The notes beneath the pieces were generated by a model. That model was not told where the DNA came from. It ran no database searches and saw only the letters and a program-made list of their open reading frames with translations. Positions 48,106 through 58,149 of a DNA stretch of 64,000 nucleotides are shown here, piece by piece (positions within the stretch are counted from its first letter, which is position 1; every line of letters starts with the position of its first letter). Location: positions 224,001 to 288,000 of the forward strand of contig CBDFIQ010000002.1 of the NCBI GenBank assembly GCA_965248195.1. Reading direction: 5' to 3'. Source of the stretch: Longimicrobiales bacterium (GTDB taxonomy: Bacteria > Gemmatimonadota > Gemmatimonadetes > Longimicrobiales > Gaopeijiaceae). The position numbers were made by a program, and so were the translations under genes.

Positions 48106-48902
48106 GGTATTGTCAACTTGAGCCGGCGTCAGCGAGACTTTGCGGATGAAAACGAATGCGAAGAGCTACCGCGGCTACCGGTTTCCTCCTGAGATCATCA
48201 GCCACGGCGTCTGGCTGTACCACCGGTTCGCCCTAAGCTTCCGGGACGTGGAAGAACTCCTCGCGAAGAGGGGGATCATCGTGTCCTACGAGACCGTCAG
48301 GCAGTGGTGCCGGAAGTTCGGACCGCAGTACGCACGGAGCCTCAAGCGGCGCCAGGGTCGGCTGGGCGATATCTGGCACCTGGACGAGGTCTTCGTGAAG
48401 ATCAGGGGCAAGCGCCACTATCTGTGGCGGGCCGTGGACCAAGACGGGGACGTGATCGACATTCTGGTTCAGCGGTATCGCATGCCCGCGCGGCCAACCG
48501 GTTCTTTCGCAAGCTACTGAAAGGGCAGGGGAGCAAGCCGTGGCGGGTGGTTACGGACAAGTTAAAGAGCTACGGGGCGGCACACCGCGCGACGATGCCC
48601 TCGGTGAATCACAACACAGTACGCTACGCGAACAACCGGGCTGAAGTATCGCATCAGCCGACGCGACAACGAGAGCGGCAAATGCGACGGTTCAAGTCAG
48701 TGGGTCAAGCACAGAGATTTCTGTCCGTTCACGGCGTTGTCCAGAATCTGTTTAACCTCGGTCGCCACCATCTCCGCTCAGAGAACTACCGCTTGTTACG
48801 GGCTCGTTCTTTCAAAGATTGGAGTGCGGCTACGGCTGCCTGAGCGATCTGGGCGGAGCCTCCGCTCCGGCTTCACCCCGGACCCACCAAGTTGACAATA
48901 CT
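48106..48902 (+). mobile_element. IS6-family element (about 797 bp) with a frameshifted transposase
   Basis: IRs GGTATTGTCAACTTG / CAAGTTGACAATACT; 'YRFPPEII..VWLY.RF.LSFRDVEE', 'WHLDE', 'YLWRAVD', 'VTDKLKSY', 'NNRAE.SH'; frame break near 48481. Confidence 0.92.
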
Positions 48903-48919
48903 CGGCGAAAGCCGAGCGG

Positions 48920-49843
48920 TCACTCAGCAACCCACACGAACGTGCCACCACGGTTCTCGAACTTGCCAAGACCCGGGAAAGGGAAGTGCACCGAGTAGAC
49001 GCGCTGACTGGAGCCGGCGGCGGAGGCAAGCACCGCTTTCCGGCTTTCCTGCGCCAACGGAGCGTCGCCATCGAAGGCGATGGTCCAGTCGGGTCGCTGC
49101 ACCGAAATCACCGAATGGTGCATCGTGTCGCCGATATAGAGTAGTGAGGCCTCGCCCGAGGTGATGAGGAAGCCAGAGTGGCCAGGCGTGTGCCCCTGGA
49201 TGTCCACGGCCTTGACGGTGCCCGGCACACGATCCGCGCCGGGCTCAAATGCCACAACCCTTGGACTGATCGCCGTCACTAGTGAGGCGAGTTGTGCGTT
49301 CGCCTGCATTGCTGCCCACTCATTGACCGAGATGTGGATGTCGGCGTTGGGGAATGCCAGCGCGCCGTCCGCGTCCACAAGCCCGCCGACGTGGTCGCCA
49401 TGGCTGTGGCTGATGAAGATGTCAGTCACTTCGGCTGGCTCGACGCCGGCGGTTGCCATCGATGCGGATAGCATTCCGGACGGGCCGTTGCCGGTGTCGA
49501 ACAGCAGCACGCGGTCGGGTGTGCGGACGATCAGTGGCTGGACACTGAGTTGGAGGACATCGGTCGCGAGGCCCGCCGCTGTCAGCAGGGCATCCACATC
49601 GGCCTTCGTCACGTTAATGGCGAGCGTCATGTTGTCGTTGGCTGGTGCGAAGGCGGCGTCTCTCAGTGACGCGGCCTGCAGCGAGCCGATCGCGAAGGAG
49701 GACACGTTTTCTCCCGCGCCAAAAGCGGCGATGGCTGCCGCCGCCGCTTCGGCAGTTTCAGCGGGAGCGGCTTCTTCTGTTGTCGGCGAGCACGCGGCGA
49801 GGCTCGCTACGAGCATGGTGACGATGGCTGTGTCGGTTCTCAT
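48920..49843 (-). CDS. MBL-fold metallo-hydrolase (methyl-parathion hydrolase/lactonase-like), lipoprotein
   Basis: 'LFDTG', 'SHSHGDHVGG', 'GHTPGH', 'IGD', 'HFPFPG'; LAAC lipobox. Confidence 0.88.
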   Translation of the reverse strand: MRTDTAIVTMLVASLAACSPTTEEAAPAETAEAAAAAIAAFGAGENVSSFAIGSLQAASLRDAAFAPANDNMTLAINVTKADVDALLTAAGLATDVLQLSVQPLIVRTPDRVLLFDTGNGPSGMLSASMATAGVEPAEVTDIFISHSHGDHVGGLVDADGALAFPNADIHISVNEWAAMQANAQLASLVTAISPRVVAFEPGADRVPGTVKAVDIQGHTPGHSGFLITSGEASLLYIGDTMHHSVISVQRPDWTIAFDGDAPLAQESRKAVLASAAGSSQRVYSVHFPFPGLGKFENRGGTFVWVAE

Positions 49844-49959
49844 GGCGGTGGTCTCTTGTGGGAGGCGCATCAACGCGCGTGGCGGATCTGGGAGGCTACC
49901 GGTCGGGAAACCCTCCCGTAGGTCGTGTCACCTAAGTGCCATCCGGCGACCCAACGATT

Positions 49960-50025
49960 CCTCTGGCGCTCAATCGCTGGGCGGCCTTCGAGGGCTGCGT
50001 TCGGGCGGATGATGAGGTCGCTCAT
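49960..50025 (-). pseudogene. Decayed N-terminus of a Ser/Thr protein kinase gene
   Basis: MSDLIIRPNAALEGRPAIER resembles the '...RLNAALEGRY.IERELG.GGM' start of Gemmatimonadota kinases; nothing further is recognisable. Confidence 0.5.
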
Positions 50026-50293
50026 ACGCGCAACATAGTCTCTCTGATCCGGTTGTGCGCCACCCACACCGCCTCAGGACTGGCCATCAGTCACTACTAC
50101 CGAGAAGCCGCTTGATCGGTCGATCGAACATTGGAACAGGATGCCGTCGAGCCGGGGAAAGCCCCCTGAGTTTCTCCAGCACCTCCTCGTAGGTTTTCAT
50201 CGTGCGCGATTGGCCTTCGTAAACCCGATTTCAGAGTGCCACGGCACGCACCCGGGCGTCGGTGCCTGACCCGCGCCACACCGATGTTGTAGT

Positions 50294-51628
50294 TTGCCGC
50301 GAGAAACGCACGCAAGAAGACACCACATGCACCCGAAGGTCGGCCCGCCGCCGGGCCCCCAGGGGACAAAAGTTGTCAGCCGAGGTTCAGCTGTGGCCAC
50401 TGTCCACATCGCCATTCCGGTTCAGGACGAGCTCGAATGCCTTCCCGCCTGCCTCGACGCGCTTCGGCGACAGGAGGGCGTGCGATTTGTCACGTGGTTA
50501 TGCGTAAACCAACCGGAAGCGTGGCAACACGAGCCGGATCGACGCCCCGTGTGCGAAGCCAACCAGGCCTGTCTCCATCTGCTTGCCGGCGTCACGGACC
50601 TCGACCTCCGCATTATCGATCGCTCCTCACCGGGCCGGGGCTGGCTACCGAAGCGGAGCGGTGTTGGGCACGCGCGAAAGGAGTTGATGGATGCGATCTG
50701 TGCGGAGGCCGCCCCCCGGGATATCATCGTAAGCCTCGATGCTGACACGCTGACGCCCCCGGGTTATCTGCGGTCCCTTATCGTCTCCTTCAACCGGCAT
50801 CCGGCCGCCTGTGCCATCGCCGCGCGTTACTACCATCCACTCACCGACGACGGAGCCGTCACCCGCGCGATGCTGGGTTACGAAATCTACATGCGCTTCT
50901 ATGCGCTCAACCTCTGGCGAATCGGGTCTCCCTACTCCTTCACTGCGCTCGGCTCGGCAATTGCCGTGCCTGTTTCCGTCTACCGAAGAGTGGGCGGGCT
51001 GACGCCTCGAACCAGCGGTGAGGATTTCTACTTCCTGCAGAAACTGACCAAACATGGACGGGTACTCCATTGGACCGCCGCCCCGGTTGCCCCCGCGACC
51101 CGCAAGTCCTGGCGCGTTCCCGTCGGGACCGGTCAAGCCATCGTCGCCGCCTGCGAAGGCGAATACTCCGACCGCTATCCACTCTATGCTCCGGAACTCT
51201 TCGACCGGATCAGCCGCACCACCAGGGCCTTCCCCGAACTGTTCGCCGGACCGGTCGAAACGCCGCTTGACGAATTCCTGCGGAACAAGATCAGTACCGA
51301 CGCTCCATGGCAACCGCTGCGCGATAACCACACGACACTGGATCGATTTGTCCGCGCCTGCCACGAGCGGCTCGACGGACTCCGCATTCTGCAATACCTG
51401 AAGGCCGAGTATCGTGAAGCGCCGACCGACGACCGGGCCACGCTGATAGACTGGCTGGACCGGTACGGGTGCCAGTTTCCCGGAACCGAGACCGAAGCTT
51501 CGCGCGTGCGGGCCCTGCTTAACGAGCGCATGCTGGCCGATCTGAGCATTTCTGAACTCGACGCGATACGCCGGGTGCTTTTCCAAATGGAAGATCGCTA
51601 TCGTCGAGAGGACGACCTGGAGGGCTGA
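50294..51628 (+). CDS. Glycosyltransferase family 2 (GT-A) protein
   Basis: 'IAIPVQDE', 'GVGHARK', 'SLDAD' (DxD), 'VGG', 'GEDFYFLQKL'; start probably the GTG near 50393. Confidence 0.8.
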   Translation: MPRETHARRHHMHPKVGPPPGPQGTKVVSRGSAVATVHIAIPVQDELECLPACLDALRRQEGVRFVTWLCVNQPEAWQHEPDRRPVCEANQACLHLLAGVTDLDLRIIDRSSPGRGWLPKRSGVGHARKELMDAICAEAAPRDIIVSLDADTLTPPGYLRSLIVSFNRHPAACAIAARYYHPLTDDGAVTRAMLGYEIYMRFYALNLWRIGSPYSFTALGSAIAVPVSVYRRVGGLTPRTSGEDFYFLQKLTKHGRVLHWTAAPVAPATRKSWRVPVGTGQAIVAACEGEYSDRYPLYAPELFDRISRTTRAFPELFAGPVETPLDEFLRNKISTDAPWQPLRDNHTTLDRFVRACHERLDGLRILQYLKAEYREAPTDDRATLIDWLDRYGCQFPGTETEASRVRALLNERMLADLSISELDAIRRVLFQMEDRYRREDDLEG

Positions 51629-51734
51629 GTCACCCATCCCGAGAAGGGTCATCGTGCCCAAGGGTCCTGCACGCGAGCTTCTCGTCGCATGACCCGCCTC
51701 GCTGAGCACTGGACAACCGGTGTCGCATGACCCA

Positions 51735-51953
51735 TGAGACCCCAACTGGGACCCCAAACTCCCCGAAACTGGTCGAATCTCAGCAAAACTCTGGAGAACA
51801 ACCGACCCTCTAACCCCCTAACTCACAGTAACTTAGACGACCTCAATAGCACTCTGCGTATATGCTGCTATCGGACTTTTAATCCGTAGGTCGTGGGTTC
51901 GAGACCCACCCGGCTCATTGGCCGGAAGTCCAGTAGGTAGGCGGGCTTCCGGC
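51735..51953 (+). repeat. tRNA-Lys att copy 3 (46-bp core 51872-51917) with upstream arm-like repeats and downstream hairpin
   Basis: CGGACTTTTAATCC...CCGGCTCA identical to the tRNA; TGAGACCCCAAC-TGGGACCCCAAA at 51735; hairpin 51921-51953. Confidence 0.93.
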
Positions 51954-52112
51954 TTTTTGGTGGCACGCCAGGCATGGCGCGACCCGCCGAAAGGCGGGAA
52001 GTAACCGTGTTGTTGGCGGCCACCCAATATTTCCCATATGTTGGAGTGAACCCTACAAAGTGGACACAGAGGGGGCGATGGATTGACCTTCCGTAATCAC
52101 TCGGGAGGTTCG

Positions 52113-52475
52113 ATGACGGTTCGACGACACACGAGGTACAGCACGGAGTTCAAGATCCAGCTGGTCCAGGCGTACTTGGATGGAGAAGGCAGTGCGAGGG
52201 CGATCGCTACTCGACACAGTGTACCTCACTCCCTACTCATGATCTGGGTCAAGAAGTACGGGGAAGGCGAACTTACGGAGGAGATCCACCTGCAGGAGCA
52301 AGTTGTCGAGGACCAGGCCAAGATCGCGGCACTCGAGCGCAAGATTGGTCAGTTGACGATGGAACTCGACGCCATGAAAAAAAGGGCTCTGATACAGCCG
52401 TCACAGAAAAGCGCGCGGCCGTCGATCATCTCCGGGCCAGGGGTGTCCCTGTCCGACGGGGATGCAGCCTCATGA
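52113..52475 (+). CDS. IS3-family OrfA (HTH_Tnp_1)
   Basis: 'RYSTEFKIQLV', 'IA.RH.V..SLL..WVKKY', leucine zipper 'IAALERKIGQLTME'; GGAGG before ATG 52113. Confidence 0.9.
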   Translation: MTVRRHTRYSTEFKIQLVQAYLDGEGSARAIATRHSVPHSLLMIWVKKYGEGELTEEIHLQEQVVEDQAKIAALERKIGQLTMELDAMKKRALIQPSQKSARPSIISGPGVSLSDGDAAS

Positions 52476-53266
52476 ACATCCCGAGGAGTACCTTCTACAA
52501 GCGACCGGATGCGGCCTGCGAGACCGCTCGGGAGAGAGCGGACGGGGACCTGCGCGTGCGGATCGAAGACATTCTCGCCGAGTTCCCCGCCTACGGATAT
52601 CGCCGGGTCACGCACGAACTCGGGAGACGCGGCCTGGTGGTCAATCACAAGCGAGTCTCTAGGATTATGCGTGAACACGCGCTTACGCCCCACCGCGTAC
52701 GCGCATGGCTTGCTACGACGAACAGCAATCACAAGCAGCGCATCTACCCGAACCTGAGGTCGTCGATCACGCCCGAGGGGCCTGACGAGCTCTGGGTGGC
52801 CGATCTGACGTACATCCGGCTCACGACCGGCTTTGTTTTCCTAGCCGTCGTGCTCGACGTGTGGTCGCGGCGTGTCATTGGCTACGCCATCAGCCATCTC
52901 CTGGACGTGCGTCTTTGCCTGGCCGCACTCGATGCCGCACTCGAACTTCGGCAGCCGCGGTCTGGCCTCATCCACCACTCCGATCGCGGCGTCCAGTATG
53001 CATCCCAATTGTACCGTTCACGTCTCGCCGAACACGGTGTCCGAGGATCGATGTCCCGGCGGGGCAACCCGTACGACAACGCCCATGTTGAGAGCTTTTT
53101 CAAAACCCTGAAGCACGAGGAGATCTTGGCAAACGACTACAGCACAATTGATGACGTAGCCAACCGACTCCCCCACTTCCTTGAGGAGGTGTACAATCGA
53201 AGACGCTTGCACTCCTCGCTCGGTTACATGCCACCTGAGGAATTCGAGAGCATTCATGCAGCTTGA
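52472..53266 (+). CDS. IS3-family OrfB (rve DDE)
   Basis: 'YGYRRV', 'VNHKRV', 'WVADLTY', 'HHSDRGVQY', 'GNPYDNA..ESFFKTLK.E', 'YNRRRLHSSLGY'. Confidence 0.95.
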   Translation: MNIPRSTFYKRPDAACETARERADGDLRVRIEDILAEFPAYGYRRVTHELGRRGLVVNHKRVSRIMREHALTPHRVRAWLATTNSNHKQRIYPNLRSSITPEGPDELWVADLTYIRLTTGFVFLAVVLDVWSRRVIGYAISHLLDVRLCLAALDAALELRQPRSGLIHHSDRGVQYASQLYRSRLAEHGVRGSMSRRGNPYDNAHVESFFKTLKHEEILANDYSTIDDVANRLPHFLEEVYNRRRLHSSLGYMPPEEFESIHAA

Positions 53267-53367
53267 AGCCACTGACTGGTCAATCCAACCAACTCTCGTT
53301 GTCCACCCTCAGGGGTTCACTCCATGTGGCCATCGAAAATTGCACACTTGGCGGAGGTGACGAGCCT

Positions 53368-54210
53368 CTAGTTCGTCGTTTTCTCCTTTGCTCTTGCTCT
53401 CTTTCTCTTCGGGGGTGAAGGGCTCGACTCCGCAGGAGGCGAGTGGAGGATCTTGGAGAGGTCGGTGTGCTTGCGCATCCGGTAGCTGCTGCCGCGGATG
53501 TTGACGATATGGCAGTGATGCAGCAGGCGATCGATGAGCGCAGCGGCCATGACCTCGTCGCCCAAGATGTGGCCCCACTCCTCGAAGCCTTTGTTGGAGG
53601 TCAGCACAGTGGATGCGCGCTCATAGCGCCGGTTGATGAGTTGGAAGAAGAGCATGGCGCCGGTCTGGCTGACCGGCAGGTAGCCGATCTCGTCGATGAC
53701 CAGGAGCGAAGGATAGGTGAGGATCTTGAGGCGGCGTCCCAGCTGGCCGGTGGTCTTGGCTTCTTCGAGCGAGGTGATGAGGTCGGCCAGAGCGCCGTAG
53801 TAGACTCTGCGCCCGCTCTGAGCCGCGGCAATGGCGAGGCTGATCGCGAGATGCGTCTTGCCGACGCCCGGAGGGCCGAGGAAGATCACGTTCTCCTTAC
53901 GCTCCAAGAAGCCGAGCTCGTGCAGCGAGTCGATCTGCTCGCGCTTGATCGAGGGCTGGAAGCTGAAGTCGAAGTCGTCGAGGGTCTTGATGCCCGGTAG
54001 CCGGCTCGAGCGCATCGCAGCCTGAAGGCGGCGGTTGTTGCGCAGCGTGATCTGGGCACCGAGGAGTTGCTCGATGGCCTCCGAGGCCGTCACGCCTCCG
54101 CCATCGACCCCGGTGAGGACGTCGTCGATGGCCTCCAGCGCACCGGGCATCTTGAGATCGGCGAGCTGGGCTCGGATCCGGTCACGGCGAGAGCGAGCGG
54201 CAGCCTTCAT
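53368..54210 (-). CDS. istB: IS21 helper ATPase IstB
   Basis: 'FDFSFQP', 'GPPGVGKTHLA', 'LLVIDEIGY', 'RRYE', 'TSN', 'DRLLHH', 'GSSYR'. Confidence 0.96.
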   Translation of the reverse strand: MKAAARSRRDRIRAQLADLKMPGALEAIDDVLTGVDGGGVTASEAIEQLLGAQITLRNNRRLQAAMRSSRLPGIKTLDDFDFSFQPSIKREQIDSLHELGFLERKENVIFLGPPGVGKTHLAISLAIAAAQSGRRVYYGALADLITSLEEAKTTGQLGRRLKILTYPSLLVIDEIGYLPVSQTGAMLFFQLINRRYERASTVLTSNKGFEEWGHILGDEVMAAALIDRLLHHCHIVNIRGSSYRMRKHTDLSKILHSPPAESSPSPPKRKRARAKEKTTN

Positions 54211-55236
54211 CGGTCCCCTCCCGCGATCTGGGCATAGGCCGTGAGGGGACGTCGCTCGACGTGGATGGCCGGCAAGGACGTCGTGCCGGGTGAGGAGCGA
54301 TCCGGAGGCAGGACGAGGGGGTGATACGGGCGAGTCGCCAAGGGCTCGAGGAGCAGTCGTTCACGCTCGAAGCGATCGAGGGGCCGCTCCTTCAGCGTTG
54401 CGTGGCTGCGCACATTGGCTTCCGTCTCAAGCCAATGAAGGGCCTGCGCGTTGAGATCGTCGTCCGACGTGAAGGTGCGCCCGTAGAAGAAGCTCTCCCT
54501 GAGGTAGCGGATCGGCCGCTCCACCTTGCCCTTGCTCTGAGCCCGATAGGGTCGGCACGCTCGGATCCTGAAGTTCCAGTGGTAGGCGTAGCGCATGAAC
54601 TCCGGGTTCTCGACGAGGGCACCATCGTCGTATCGACCGTCCTCGATGACGACCGCCTTCATTGGGTCGAACAGAAGCTCACGGGGCACGCCGCCGAAGT
54701 AGGAAAACGAAGACTCCAGGCCATGCATCAGGGCCTTCATGGTCTGCCGGGTGTAGAACTGAACCCACAGCAGCCTCGAGTAGCCCAGCACGACGATTAG
54801 TGCGTAACGCTTGCCCCACGGTAGCCGGAAGTGGGCGAAGTCCACCTGGCCCTGACGCCCAGGCGCCGTCTCGAAGCGCACGACCGGCTCCTCTGGGGGT
54901 CGAGGCCGGACCTTGCGTACATAGCGCTTCACTTTGGTTGTAACTGCCCGGGTAGCCAGCGGCCCGGACCTCCTTGAAGAGCCGTACAGCCGTGAGCTTC
55001 GGGTACTCCTTGAGACGCGTGTCGATCAACGGCTTGTACGGATCCAGCTTCGACGGCATCAGACATCTCGGACCGTACCCGACACGCTCTTCGTCCAACT
55101 CCCGGTCCAGTTGACCGGTCTCTATCCAGTGGTACACGGTACGGCGACTGACCCCCAGATCCCGGGCGATCACCGCCTTGTTCATCCCCTGCTCGAGGTA
55201 ATGACGGAGCAGCACGCGCTTCTCCCTTCCGATCAT
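54207..55236 (-). pseudogene. istA: IS21 transposase IstA, frameshifted
   Basis: HTH 'IARDLGVSRRTV', 'SKLDPYK', then an extra A near 54933; 'RFETAPG.QGQVDF', 'LGYSR', 'KGKVER'. Confidence 0.9.
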
Positions 55237-55537
55237 TGCACCTCCACGTTCGCGGTGGAGGCGCCAAGTGAATGGATCGGCCGGAAGATCGCTCGGGGTG
55301 GTGCCTACATCCCCACTCTCCCGCCCGCTAGGTCAAAGCGCCAAGTGTGCAATTTTCGATGGCCACATGGAGTGAACCCCTGAGGGTGGACAACGAGAGT
55401 TGGTTGGATTGACCAGTCAGTGGCTTCAAGCTGCATGAATGCTCTCGAATTCCTCAGGTGGCATGTAACCGAGCGAGGAGTGCAAGCGTCTTCGATTGTA
55501 CACCTCCTCAAGGAAGTGGGGGAGTCGGTTGGCTACG

Positions 55538-57104
55538 CGGAACCTGTCAACGACAATGGGACACTCTACGGGATTAATTAGAGAGCAATATCCTGTGTGG
55601 TGAGGGAAGGGATGGGAGGATTGATGTAGACGGCCTCCGGGAGCGGTTTGGGCTTCGGCACACCTGTGACGAAGCGTTCGGGATGAGCGGCCCATGCTTC
55701 GCGGAGCACGGATTTCCTGCCGGCAATGACCTGATCGGCGTTCCCGAAGTGGACCTGCTCGGGGGTTAGCATCGAGATACCGCCATGGCGGTGCTCGGCA
55801 TTGTACCAGCGGAAGAACGATCGACACAACGTCTTGGCCTGGCCCTGATCCCCGAACCGCCCGGGAAACGAGGGATGGTACTTCAAGGTTTTGAACTGAG
55901 CCTCGGAAAACGGGTTGTCATCCGACACCTGAGGCCGGCTCAACGAGCGAGTCACGCCGAGGTCAGCGAGAAGTTGAGCGGTGCATTGGCTCGTCATTGG
56001 AGCTCCCCGATCCGAGTGCAGGGTCAGGACCCGGGGCTGGACGCCATGCTTCAGGCAGCTCTGCTGGATCAACCGGCCGGCCAGGGCCGAGTTCTCCCGG
56101 TCCGCCACCATCCAGCCCACGACGTAGCGGCTGTAGATGTCCATGATGACGTAGAGGTAGTAATAGCTCCACTTCTTCGGCCCGAGTAGCCGCGTGATAT
56201 CCCAGGACCACACCTGGTTCGGCGCCGTGGCCATCAACTCGGGCTTCTTGTACTCGGGATGGGTGCGCTGCGCCCGGCGTTCCTGAACCGGCACCTCGGA
56301 GGCCAGAACACGATACATCGTGCGTTCGCTGCACAGGTAGACCTCTTCGTCGAGCAGCGTGGCCACCACCTCGGCGGGTGAGCGGTCCACGAACCGCTCC
56401 GAACACAGCGTGTCGAAGACCTCGCCTCGTTCCGTCTCGCTCAATGCCCGGGCGGGCGTCGGGCGGGGCTGCCGTTGCCCGGTCGATGGGCCTCGACGAC
56501 GGTAGAACGTCGATCGGGAGACCTCGAGAGCCGCGCACGCCGGTTTTACACCGACGTGCTTAGCCAGCTCATCGGCCGCCTTCAAGAGTTCGTCCCGTCG
56601 TCGAGGCTTATCCCCAGCAGCCCCGCAACTTTTCCCTGCACGTCGATGATCAGGTGTGCCTTCCTGAGCTCATTCTCGAGCCGTGCGTTTTGCCGCTCCA
56701 GCTTGCGTACCTTCTCATCCAGCGGATTCCGCTCCGGCTTGCGGCCGCGTTTCTTCGACAGGGCCTTCAGCGACCCGCTATGCGCCGCCTTGCGCCACGT
56801 CGTCAGGTGCGACGAGTACAGGCCCTCGCGCCGCAGGAGCTGACCCACCTCGCCGGGCTCGGTGCACCGGTCCGCTTCTTCGACGATCCGCAGCTTGTAC
56901 GATGGACTGAACCGCCGGCGTAGCGGCCTATCTACTACCTCCGGGTCCGCAGGAGCTGCCGCGCTTCGCTTGGCCTCCCCGATTCCAGGGGCACTACCAT
57001 TCTCTTCCATTCTCTCTCGCAGTCCCAACATGTTCGTTTTCTCTGCCTTCGCCCTACTCTAATTCTTTGCGTGCTCCGTGTCTCACGTACGTTGGCAGAG
57101 AGGG
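55538..57104 (-). mobile_element. IS3-like element A, copy 2 (1567 bp)
   Basis: Same ORFs as copy 1 (55578-56585 orfB, 56582-57031 orfA); ACG duplicated at 55535-55537 and 57105-57107. Confidence 0.95.
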
Positions 57105-57107
57105 ACG

Positions 57108-57790
57108 TCATCAATTGTGCTGTAGTCGTTTGCCAAGATCTCCTCGTGCTTCAGGGTTTTGAAAAAGCTCTCAACATGGGCGTTGTCGTACGGGTTGCCC
57201 CGCCGGGACATCGATCCTCGGACACCGTGTTCGGCGAGACGTGAACGGTACAATTGGGATGCATACTGGACGCCGCGATCGGAGTGGTGGATGAGGCCAG
57301 ACCGCGGCTGCCGAAGTTCGAGTGCGGCATCGACTGCGGCCAGGCAAAGACGCACGTCCAGGAGATGGCTGATGGCGTAGCCAATGACACGCCGCGACCA
57401 CACGTCGAGCACGACGGCTAGGAAAACAAAGCCGGTCGTGAGCCGGATGTACGTCAGATCGGCCACCCAGAGCTCGTCAGGCCCCTCGGGCGTGATCGAC
57501 GACCTCAGGTTCGGGTAGATGCGCTGCTTGTGATTGCTGTTCGTCGTAGCAAGCCATGCGCGTACGCGGTGGGGCGTAAGCGCGTGTTCACGCATAATCC
57601 TAGAGACTCGCTTGTGATTGACCACCAGGCCGCGTCTCCCGAGTTCGTGCGTGACCCGGCGATATCCGTAGGCGGGGAACTCGGCGAGAATGTCTTCGAT
57701 CCGCACGCGCAGGTCCCCGTCCGCTCTCTCCCGAGCGGTCTCGCAGGCCGCATCCGGTCGCTTGTAGAAGGTACTCCTCGGGATGTTCAT
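57108..57790 (-). pseudogene. IS3 element B OrfB, disrupted; remainder at 55426-55537
   Basis: Same sequence as 52472-53266 up to 'STIDDV'; the remainder 'ANRLPHFLEE...' lies beyond element A. Confidence 0.92.
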
Positions 57791-58149
57791 GAGGCTGCAT
57801 CCCCGTCGGACAGGGACACCCCTGGCCCGGAGATGATCGACGGCCGCGCGCTTTTCTGTGACGGCTGTATCAGAGCCCTTTTTTTCATGGCGTCGAGTTC
57901 CATCGTCAACTGACCAATCTTGCGCTCGAGTGCCGCGATCTTGGCCTGGTCCTCGACAACTTGCTCCTGCAGGTGGATCTCCTCCGTAAGTTCGCCTTCC
58001 CCGTACTTCTTGACCCAGATCATGAGTAGGGAGTGAGGTACACTGTGTCGAGTAGCGATCGCCCTCGCACTGCCTTCTCCATCCAAGTACGCCTGGACCA
58101 GCTGGATCTTGAACTCCGTGCTGTACCTCGTGTGTCGTCGAACCGTCAT
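57787..58149 (-). CDS. IS3 element B OrfA (copy 2)
   Basis: Identical protein to 52113-52475. Confidence 0.9.
   Translation of the reverse strand: MTVRRHTRYSTEFKIQLVQAYLDGEGSARAIATRHSVPHSLLMIWVKKYGEGELTEEIHLQEQVVEDQAKIAALERKIGQLTMELDAMKKRALIQPSQKSARPSIISGPGVSLSDGDAAS

Larger units (their letters stand above)
52042..53324 (+). mobile_element. IS3-family element B, copy 1 (1283 bp, intact)
   Basis: TG...CA ends, IRs TGGAGTGAACCC..GTGGACA; TGT duplicated at 52039-52041 and 53325-53327. Confidence 0.95.
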
